A stretch of DNA of 64,000 nt from positions 15,846 to 79,845 of the forward strand of contig JBLMZM010000361.1 in NCBI GenBank assembly GCA_050258815.1, in the 5' to 3' direction. A program made the translations under genes and the position numbers. Positions 1 to 7,844 of the stretch are shown here, piece by piece. Numbering within the stretch: the first letter of the stretch is position 1; every line of letters begins with the position of its first letter. The stretch is from Ignavibacteriales bacterium. Its GTDB lineage: Bacteria; Bacteroidota; Ignavibacteria; Ignavibacteriales; SURF-24. The notes below the pieces were generated by a model that worked only from the letters and a program-made list of their open reading frames with translations, ran no database searches and was not told the DNA's origin.

Positions 1-1
1 T

Positions 2-1513
2 TTCCACCCAGATCCTCCCACTGTTTCTTTCCACGAAGTCCTTGCACAATATCAGGCCGAGTCCTGTGCCCTTCTCTTTGTCTGTTCCTTCCTTTATAAC
101 ATTTTCATCAATTTTGAACAGCCTTTTTATCTCTCCTTGTTCAATTCCCATACCCGTATCCGAGACCTCAACTATAACCTCCTCCGGGGTGCTGCTGTAT
201 TGCCTGACCACTACTCTTCCATGCTGGGGGGTAAATTTTATGGCGTTGGAAAGCAGGTTTCTAATGACCGTATTGATCATATTTCGGTCCGCAAACACGT
301 TAAACTCCTCGGAAAATTCGTAATTCAGGTTAATTCTTTTTCTGGCGGCATTAACCTGATAGATGTCAAGGATATCCCTTATCATGACGTTAAGGCAGAA
401 ACTGGCCGGAGAGAACTCCATTCTGCCCGACTGAAGTGAGGACCACTGCAGCAGATTCTCTATAAGCTTGAAGACCCTTTTCAGGGAATTATAAATGCGG
501 TGGGAGAAGTCCCTCACCTCTTCCTTGCTCAGCTCATCAATATTATGGCTCAGATATTCGGTAAAGCCAAGCAGTGCCGAAAAAGGGCTTCGCAGGTCAT
601 GTGCAACAATAGAGAAGAATTTATCCTTGCTGGCATTCAGTTCATGCAGGTTCTTGTTTAATGAGGCCAGTTCCTTTGCATTATTCTCGAGAGCTTCCTT
701 ATTAAGGCGCAGTTCCTCGGCATACCTGCGGATCTGTTCTTCGGCTTTTTTGCGTTCGTCGATGTCCTCAATTATGGATATAAAATATTTAGGCGTTCCG
801 CTCGCATCGCGGACAAGTGAAACCGTGAGGTCCGTCCATATTACCGCGCCATCCCTGCGGATGTAGCGTTTTTCCATGGAGTAGGTTCTTATCTCACCTT
901 CGATAATTTTCTTTATATTCTCCAGATCGGGGGGCAGGTCCTCCGGAAAAGTCATGCTCTGAAAATCCAGGCTGAGCATTTCTTCGGGTGAGTATCCGGT
1001 AATATCGCATATTCTCTGGTTTACCTTGACCCATCTGCCGTCCAGTGCAACGTGTGCAATGCCAACGGCTGCCTGTTCAAACGTAGCTTTTAACTGCGAT
1101 TCCCTCTCAAGCAGGGCCTCTTCGATGCGTTTTCTTTCAATTGCATAGCGCAGCGAGTGTTCCAGCAGGCCGGCATCTATTTTCCCCTTTACCAGATAAT
1201 CCTGTGCTCCTGCCTGAATGGCTTTAACGGCTACCTGTTTATCGTTTAGACCCGTCATGACAACTATAGGCACTCCGGCAGTCTGTTCGTGTACCTTGTA
1301 AAAGGTATCAATGCCGAAGCTGTCGGGGAGCCCGAGATCCAGCAGTACAGCGCTGATGCTGTTCTGCTTCAGGCGTTCCAGTCCTTTGGAAAGCCTGGTG
1401 ACGTGTTCAATTTCAATATTAACTTCTTCAATTTCGCCAATCATATCCTCAATCAGGGCGGCATCACCAGGATTATCCTCAATAATGAGTAATTTAATAT
1501 ATTCTTTGTCCAT
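2..1513 (-). CDS. Hybrid signalling protein: receiver (REC) + PAS + histidine kinase (HisKA/HATPase); truncated by the window edge
   Basis: Not in the ORF track because it has no stop in the window. Read by hand from ATG at 1513, which overlaps the upstream TAA (TAATG): MDKEYIKLLIIEDNPGDA...AVLLDLGLPDS...GAQDYLVK (REC); ATFEQAAVGIAHVALDGRWVKVNQ...MEKRYIRRDG (PAS); SIVAHDLRSP (H box), RNLLSNAIKFT (N box), DTGMGI (G1), GTGLGL (G2). Confidence 0.92.
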   Translation of the reverse strand, partial: MDKEYIKLLIIEDNPGDAALIEDMIGEIEEVNIEIEHVTRLSKGLERLKQNSISAVLLDLGLPDSFGIDTFYKVHEQTAGVPIVVMTGLNDKQVAVKAIQAGAQDYLVKGKIDAGLLEHSLRYAIERKRIEEALLERESQLKATFEQAAVGIAHVALDGRWVKVNQRICDITGYSPEEMLSLDFQSMTFPEDLPPDLENIKKIIEGEIRTYSMEKRYIRRDGAVIWTDLTVSLVRDASGTPKYFISIIEDIDERKKAEEQIRRYAEELRLNKEALENNAKELASLNKNLHELNASKDKFFSIVAHDLRSPFSALLGFTEYLSHNIDELSKEEVRDFSHRIYNSLKRVFKLIENLLQWSSLQSGRMEFSPASFCLNVMIRDILDIYQVNAARKRINLNYEFSEEFNVFADRNMINTVIRNLLSNAIKFTPQHGRVVVRQYSSTPEEVIVEVSDTGMGIEQGEIKRLFKIDENVIKEGTDKEKGTGLGLILCKDFVERNSGRIWVE

Positions 1514-1965
1514 TACTTTCCCATACTAGGGAGCTTTACAATTGAAAACCAAAAATTTTCAATTGAATTGATTACATCGATAAAATGTTCGAAATCCACG
1601 GGTTTTGTTATATAACAATTGGCGTTTAGTTTATAGCTTGTAATTACGTCCTGTTCAGCCTGTGAGGAAGTAAGTATTACGACGGGTATTACCTTCAGCT
1701 TTTCGTCTGCTTTTATCTCGGCCAGCACCTCCTTGCCATTCTTTTTGGGCAGATTCATGTCAAGCAGTATTAAATCCGGGACCGGTGCGTCCTTATATTT
1801 TCCGCTACGGCGCAAAAATTCGAGGGCTTCAATGCCGTTCTTTGTAACGCTCAGGTTGTTATGGATCTTCCCTTCAAAGAGAGCCTCCTTAATGAGAACA
1901 ATATCCCCATTGTTATCTTCTACTAGCAATATTTCCACCGGGGGAACGGCTATTTGATTATTCAT
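1513..1965 (-). CDS. Single-domain response regulator, Rcp1/phytochrome-associated type
   Basis: ILLVEDN, DLILLDMNLPKKNG (phospho-Asp), PVVILTSS, ANCYITKPVDF and the C-terminal NFWFSIVKLP typical of Rcp1-like regulators. Confidence 0.9.
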   Translation of the reverse strand: MNNQIAVPPVEILLVEDNNGDIVLIKEALFEGKIHNNLSVTKNGIEALEFLRRSGKYKDAPVPDLILLDMNLPKKNGKEVLAEIKADEKLKVIPVVILTSSQAEQDVITSYKLNANCYITKPVDFEHFIDVINSIENFWFSIVKLPSMGK

Positions 1966-2597
1966 ATAAAATTTTCCTTAATCCATAGAGCCACTTTAAT
2001 GTTTTAATAATTCAGCACGATGCTGTAACCATTCAGATAATTCCACTGCGTTATTCTTAATTATACAACGATCCGGAACTACCCGGTAAATCTGTATGTT
2101 ATCCAGATGAATTTGATGGCATGAGTAAAATAATATATGCCGTCCGATTCATATTATAACTATAATATACAATAATTGGGCTGCCCTAATAAAGAGTAAA
2201 AACTTATCCTAAAAGGAGGGAAGAGGGTATGGGTCACGCTGTTATCAGATCAAACTTGAGGGCAAAAATTTTGCCACAGCAAATAAAAAGAGATACAATT
2301 CTCCGTAATTGCCAATCTGTACCTGTTAATCAGCAGAATACCATAATAGCTAAACAGTAAAATATCCGCCATTTCATCGTTTTTCCTGAAAATCCATTCT
2401 GACCGGCTCCATTTGCACCGCTAATAGGGCAAGCATAAATGCGTGCGGGGCGTATTCCGGGGGAAGTGGATAAAAATATGGACTAAAAGGCCTATAAACT
2501 AATTCCCAATTAATCCGAATATTCCAAAAACGCAGAGATAGCAATAAGCAGAAGATAAGTAGACAGTTTGAAGTAAAAATGAATTGGAGTTGAGTAA

Positions 2598-4661
2598 ATG
2601 CGAGCACGTATTCAAAATCTTGATTTGTATCTGGATGAATTAAAAGGGGGACAGCATAGATTTGAAAATGTTTTTGAATCGATTGCCAGGATGCTGTTTG
2701 ATGATCCTAAACAGATACAGCCGATTGTGGTAAACGGAAAGAATACCTACGATTTTTTAAAGTTCAGGACCGGAAAGAAGCACATTATTGGGATGTTCGA
2801 TGTATTGAACAAATTTATAGCCTTTATTAAAGATGCAGCTGAGGAAGGTGAAAGCAAGGAAATGGCATTCGTTCTGGTTGGTGAGCCTGGCAACGGAAAA
2901 ACCTATTTTGTGGATTATTTATCGGCCATGTACCGCGATTTTGTTAATGTCCCTGAAAATCGCAAATATACCTTCAGGTTCAGGATACCGAAAGAGATGG
3001 AAGGCTACGGAAACATCAGGGAAATTGAATCACAGACATATGAGGACCCCGTCATACTGGCAATGAACCTGTACTGCAACAAGGAAGAAAGCATGGAAAT
3101 GCTTTTAAGCAAGGGTTTCAGTACCAGCGAGGTTGAGAATTATTATAAGAATTTCAGACCACTTGGTGCCGACAGTGAGTTCATACTGAACGACCTGAAG
3201 TCTTACTTTGACGAAGACATTGAACGCGTAAAAGAGTGCATAGAAATTGTTCAGGTGCCAATCAGCGAGACCATGGGCACCATTACGGGTAAATATCCGG
3301 CCAAGGACAAAATCACCAGTTCGGGTGTTGATCTGGTGGGTGAGGAGAGCATACAAAGGCTGCTGCATATAACCAATACAAACAATCCTTACCGTTTTGA
3401 CCTCAGAAGGGGTGCACTTGCGCGTGTTGGCGGCGGCGGAATTCACTTTGCAGACGAAATCTTCAAAAACAAGACCGATCTGATGAAAATCTACCTGGGT
3501 GTGGTACAGAACCGGGTGATTGAAATTGACGCCTTTAAGTGGCCCATCGATACATTTATCATTGCCACAAGCAATAACTCGGATGTTCAGAACTACAGGA
3601 CAAACGGCGAGGAAAAACCTATAATTGACCGTTGCAAGTTCTGCTATGTAGCCCATAACACGGATTATAAACTGCAGCAAAACCTGACCCGCTATGCACT
3701 GGGCAGCAGCGATAAGACCACCTTCTCGGGTGAAAAACTGCACATAGATCCGAACCTGATATATGTCATGTCGACAACTGTTACGCTCAGCAGACTGCCA
3801 AGAGCGGATGACAAGCTTACTCCTGTCGAAATGATGAAGCTTGCAGCAGGTGAAGTCGCGGGCGAAAAGAGCGTGAAAGCCCTGGCTGAAATTGTTGAGG
3901 ACCTGGAGCATGAACCCGATATTACCAAACGTTTTGGGCAGAAGGGCCTGGGACAGCGCGATCTGGCCAGAATGATAAATACGCAGAGAGGATATTCCGA
4001 GACCAACGAAGGCAAATGCATGTTCGGTGAGGACGCCTTTAAGGCGACCGAAGAGGTGATACTTGATTATATACAGGACACCAACGAACGTTCAAAATAC
4101 TTTGAGGACCTGAAAATTGCAAAGAGCCTCTACCGCAAGCGCATCAGAACGGAAATGTTCAACGCCTTTATGGATGAGCCTACGGCAATCAAAAAAGACG
4201 TGCTGATGTACGTCAATATGATAGTTGGAATGGGACGCTCGGATCTGGGAACGGATAAAATAATCACTTACAGGGATCCTCAGACCAGCAAGATGCAGCC
4301 AATAAAAATTGACGAGCGCTTTGTAAATGCAGTTGAAAATGAGCTGGAAATGAAGACCAGGGAGCAGAAAGAATCCTTCCGCGGACAGATCAGAAAGATC
4401 TATGCCCAGAGACTGCAGACGGATAAGAATTATGATTTCATGGACAATGTCGATCTTGTCAAGGCTGTAACCGATACCAGGCTTAATTCCGATATTGCCT
4501 CGGCAGGAGGTTTGGTCGGAGCTCTTGCCAACAGGACCAATGAGGACAATGAGCGCCTGTATAACAGGATTGTTTCAACCATGATCAATAAGCTGGGATA
4601 CTGCTATACTTGTGCCCAGAAAACCATAGAATTCTTCTGTACACAGGATCACCAGACCTGA
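2598..4661 (+). CDS. prkA: PrkA/YeaG-family AAA+ protein (often annotated serine protein kinase), paralogue 1
   Basis: 687 aa; Walker A GEPGNGKT, Walker B IHFADE, sensor-1 ATSN, IDR arginine finger, C-terminal LGYC..CA motif; first gene of the yeaH/spoVR operon. Confidence 0.88.
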   Translation: MRARIQNLDLYLDELKGGQHRFENVFESIARMLFDDPKQIQPIVVNGKNTYDFLKFRTGKKHIIGMFDVLNKFIAFIKDAAEEGESKEMAFVLVGEPGNGKTYFVDYLSAMYRDFVNVPENRKYTFRFRIPKEMEGYGNIREIESQTYEDPVILAMNLYCNKEESMEMLLSKGFSTSEVENYYKNFRPLGADSEFILNDLKSYFDEDIERVKECIEIVQVPISETMGTITGKYPAKDKITSSGVDLVGEESIQRLLHITNTNNPYRFDLRRGALARVGGGGIHFADEIFKNKTDLMKIYLGVVQNRVIEIDAFKWPIDTFIIATSNNSDVQNYRTNGEEKPIIDRCKFCYVAHNTDYKLQQNLTRYALGSSDKTTFSGEKLHIDPNLIYVMSTTVTLSRLPRADDKLTPVEMMKLAAGEVAGEKSVKALAEIVEDLEHEPDITKRFGQKGLGQRDLARMINTQRGYSETNEGKCMFGEDAFKATEEVILDYIQDTNERSKYFEDLKIAKSLYRKRIRTEMFNAFMDEPTAIKKDVLMYVNMIVGMGRSDLGTDKIITYRDPQTSKMQPIKIDERFVNAVENELEMKTREQKESFRGQIRKIYAQRLQTDKNYDFMDNVDLVKAVTDTRLNSDIASAGGLVGALANRTNEDNERLYNRIVSTMINKLGYCYTCAQKTIEFFCTQDHQT

Positions 4662-4762
4662 TGAGGCAGCCTGTATAATATTGTTTGACCGGATATCTGT
4701 GTGTATGTGAAACGATGAAAACGAAATAGAAAAGTCTTACAGAAGAGCAGGGAATTAAAGCT

Positions 4763-6139
4763 ATGAAAAGTAATAAACATCAGGCGTTGATTGAAAAGCT
4801 GAAAAAGCAGGGCCTTTCCGGGGGGCAGCTAAAGCTTATCAATGTGGAAATGGCGCATAAGGGAGATCATGGCATCCAGCCGGAAGCCCCGTATGAAGGA
4901 ATTAGTAATGCACAGAAGCAGGGGCTGTACGGACATAATGATGTTTCTTTTCTCTTGCAGATGAGCGTGAATGCCGGGCAGACCGCCCGGCTTTATGCAC
5001 TTGATAAGCTCCTTGAGCGTGACAAGCAGCGGGAGAAGGACGGTTTTCCAAGAAAGGTAAAGTTAGGAAAACTCGTTAAACCAATTAAAGGCGGAAACGA
5101 CAGGACTATCATCATTCCAACCATTTCCGAAGAAAAGCTCTATCACTGGAAAGGTGAGGCTTCAGGCGGTGAAGGACAGGGTACGGGCGGTACAGGAGAA
5201 GGAGAGGAAGGTGATGTTATTGGTGAGGAACCCTTAAGACCCGAGGATGGAAGCGGCCAGGGAGCCGGACAAGGACAAGGCGGGCAGCATGGAATGGGTG
5301 CTGATGCATATGATATCGGGCGAATTCTGACTGAACAATTCGAACTCCCGAATATCAGGGAAAAAGGAAAGAAAACCTCTCTTACAAAATTTACCTACGA
5401 CCTGACGGACAAGAACCGCGGGCAGGGACAGATACTGGATAAGAAGGCAACGCTGAAAAGGGTAATTAAAACGAATCTCGCCCTGGGAAATATTTCGGAA
5501 TCAGAACCGGTGGATACATCCAGCCTTTTGATTACACCTAACGACAGGGTATACCGGATACTTTCAAAGGAAAGGGACTATGAATCACAGGCCATTGTGT
5601 TTTTTGTGCGTGACTATTCCGGATCGATGACCGGAAAGCCCACCGAAGTCGTCGTTACACAGCACATTTATATTAATAGCTGGCTGGTGTACCAGTATAA
5701 AAGACAGGTTAAGAGCAGATTCATTGTTCACGATACGGAAGCTGAAGAGGTCCCCGATTTTTATACATACTACAACAAGCAGGTAGCAGGCGGCACCGAC
5801 GTGGCCTCAGCATTCAGCCTCGTCAACAAAATTGTCGAAGAGGAAAACCTCGCCAAAGATTATAACATCTACATATTCCATGGTACAGATGGCGACGACT
5901 GGGATTCAAGGGGCGAAAAAGCCCTGGAAGAATTGAAGAAAATGCTGACCTATTCGAGCAGGATCGGTATTACAATTGCCGGTGGCGGCTCGGACTATAA
6001 CAATACATTTGTGGAACAATACCTGAGAAATTCCAAACTGCTGGAGGCATACCCTGACAAACTGCGCCTGGACAGCATGAAGGCTTCTGAGGCAAATGAA
6101 GAACGCATTATAAACAGCATAAAGAAATTGATACAGTGA
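4763..6139 (+). CDS. YeaH/YhbH (DUF444) family vWA-domain protein
   Basis: Gly/Glu-rich linker (GGTGEGEEGDVIG...GQGAGQGQGG), ELPNIREKG, LDKKATLKR, and MIDAS elements DYSGS / GGT / TDGD; lies between prkA and spoVR. Confidence 0.88.
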   Translation: MKSNKHQALIEKLKKQGLSGGQLKLINVEMAHKGDHGIQPEAPYEGISNAQKQGLYGHNDVSFLLQMSVNAGQTARLYALDKLLERDKQREKDGFPRKVKLGKLVKPIKGGNDRTIIIPTISEEKLYHWKGEASGGEGQGTGGTGEGEEGDVIGEEPLRPEDGSGQGAGQGQGGQHGMGADAYDIGRILTEQFELPNIREKGKKTSLTKFTYDLTDKNRGQGQILDKKATLKRVIKTNLALGNISESEPVDTSSLLITPNDRVYRILSKERDYESQAIVFFVRDYSGSMTGKPTEVVVTQHIYINSWLVYQYKRQVKSRFIVHDTEAEEVPDFYTYYNKQVAGGTDVASAFSLVNKIVEEENLAKDYNIYIFHGTDGDDWDSRGEKALEELKKMLTYSSRIGITIAGGGSDYNNTFVEQYLRNSKLLEAYPDKLRLDSMKASEANEERIINSIKKLIQ

Positions 6140-6140
6140 T

Positions 6141-7784
6141 ATGAAGTTAATCGATCAGCATACAAAGAAAATAATGGAAGGCTGCAAGGAACGGGCTGCG
6201 GCTTCGGGACTTAAGTTTGACAAAGAGACCCTGGAATACATGGTTACAAATACCGACATGATTGAACTGTCTCCCAAGAATATGATTCCTACCTTATATG
6301 ATTATTGGGTGCAGGATATTCAGGTCCTGCGGGGTAAGGGCGAATATGAATATTATCCTAATAATCCCTATGAAACAGTAATAAATACGCGCCCGGTTAT
6401 ATCGTTTTATAACAATAATAATCCCGACTGGCTGAACGTCATGATCTTTTATCATGTGCTGGCTCACATCGATTTCTTTCAGAACAATAAGTTCTTTGAG
6501 CAGACGTGGAACTATGATTTTAAGGAAAAAGCCCTGACCGATAAAAGAATTATTGCCAGGCTGAGGGCTGCAAAGAAACGCCAGGTCGATTATATAATAG
6601 AGTTCGCCAGGGGAATTGATAACCTGGTGGGCTTTCATGAATCCTATACAAACAGGGAGGACGAGAGTCAGTTCCAGTTTCCCGAAAAGGTGGAATTCTA
6701 TTTCAGCCGGTTCCTGCAGGGAATTAAAAAGGCCGGATTGCACGAGTTCCTTGAAGAGGTGGAGCGGTATAACAAGGATTCACAACTGGAGGAAAAAGAG
6801 CACGAAGACGTTTTCCTTGCGCGCGTAAGGCAGAAATATCCTGAGTTTGACAATATATTTAACAAGGAAAAAGAACAAAATCCTTCCAGGGACAGCCAGG
6901 ATCTGATGCAGTTTCTGCTGCATGAGAGCAGCATACTCAACCATACGGACAATAAGTGGATGAAATCCATTATTGAGATAGTAAGGGAAACTTCGCTTTA
7001 TTTTGCCCCCATGATCAGAACCAAAACCATGAATGAGGGCTGGGCGAGCTACTGGCATGAAAAATTGTTCCTGGATGATGACAGGATAAAAGGTCACGAA
7101 ATTGCATTCGCCAAGATAAATGCGGGAGTAACTGCTCTGAGTAAGGTGGGATTGAATCCTTATGCCATAGGCTGGAGACTCTTTATGTATATTGAAGAGA
7201 TGGCAGACAAGGGAAGGATATCCTATGACTTCCGCAAGATCAGTAACCGCGAGGAAAGGAACCGCTTTGACAACAGGTCAATGAGCGGGCGCGATTTTAT
7301 ATTCCATGTGCGCGAGAACTACTGCGACTTTACTTTCTTCAATACATTCGTCGATCAGGATTTTGTTGATAAGCACAAGCTTATGGTCGTGGATGAAAGG
7401 ATAAACCCTCAACGCAATACCAGGGAGTATTATATAAAGAGCCGCAAGGCGAAAAACTATAAGCAGATGCTGTTTGAAAGTCTGTACCACCCGCCCTATG
7501 TAACCTTCCGCAGGGAATCAGACAATACTCTGTACCTGAACCACGAGTTTGAGGGACAGGAGCTCTACAGGGAGTATATACCCAATACTTTAATGGGAAT
7601 AGAATACCTATGGGGAGGACCCGTAAAGCTTGAAACAACGGAGCTGGACATGGAGGCAATGAGAAAATCTTCAGGCAGGGATAGTAGTGAAATGAAGCCT
7701 GTTTTTCAGAGGGTCGTTTATACGATGAAGGACCGGAAGATCAGCAAAGAAAGGGTCCAGGCTGATGCCTCAGCATATATTTAA
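6141..7784 (+). CDS. spoVR: SpoVR/YcgB family protein
   Basis: PYETVINT, FYHVLAHIDFFQNN, TKTMNEGWASYWH, LNPYAIG, LYLNHEFEG and YLWGGPVKLET match SpoVR hallmarks; starts 1 bp after the yeaH stop. Confidence 0.92.
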   Translation: MKLIDQHTKKIMEGCKERAAASGLKFDKETLEYMVTNTDMIELSPKNMIPTLYDYWVQDIQVLRGKGEYEYYPNNPYETVINTRPVISFYNNNNPDWLNVMIFYHVLAHIDFFQNNKFFEQTWNYDFKEKALTDKRIIARLRAAKKRQVDYIIEFARGIDNLVGFHESYTNREDESQFQFPEKVEFYFSRFLQGIKKAGLHEFLEEVERYNKDSQLEEKEHEDVFLARVRQKYPEFDNIFNKEKEQNPSRDSQDLMQFLLHESSILNHTDNKWMKSIIEIVRETSLYFAPMIRTKTMNEGWASYWHEKLFLDDDRIKGHEIAFAKINAGVTALSKVGLNPYAIGWRLFMYIEEMADKGRISYDFRKISNREERNRFDNRSMSGRDFIFHVRENYCDFTFFNTFVDQDFVDKHKLMVVDERINPQRNTREYYIKSRKAKNYKQMLFESLYHPPYVTFRRESDNTLYLNHEFEGQELYREYIPNTLMGIEYLWGGPVKLETTELDMEAMRKSSGRDSSEMKPVFQRVVYTMKDRKISKERVQADASAYI

Positions 7785-7844
7785 GGATTTATAAATACTG
7801 ACTATATTTTTTGAAAAGTTTAGATTGAAAAGGTTTGGGATAAG

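Noticed and set aside
42-1529. Several plus-strand ORFs (42-323, 137-439, 495-866, 1289-1492, 1311-1529)
   Set aside because: Antisense shadows of the minus-strand hybrid kinase, which the ORF track omits because it runs off the window edge.
3105-3911. 268-aa minus-strand ORF
   Set aside because: Antisense to prkA; no recognisable motifs.
6141-7784. Sporulation capability implied by spoVR, prkA and a SleL-like GH18
   Set aside because: These families are widespread in non-sporulating bacteria, and the TonB receptor and T9SS cargo indicate a diderm FCB-type organism.
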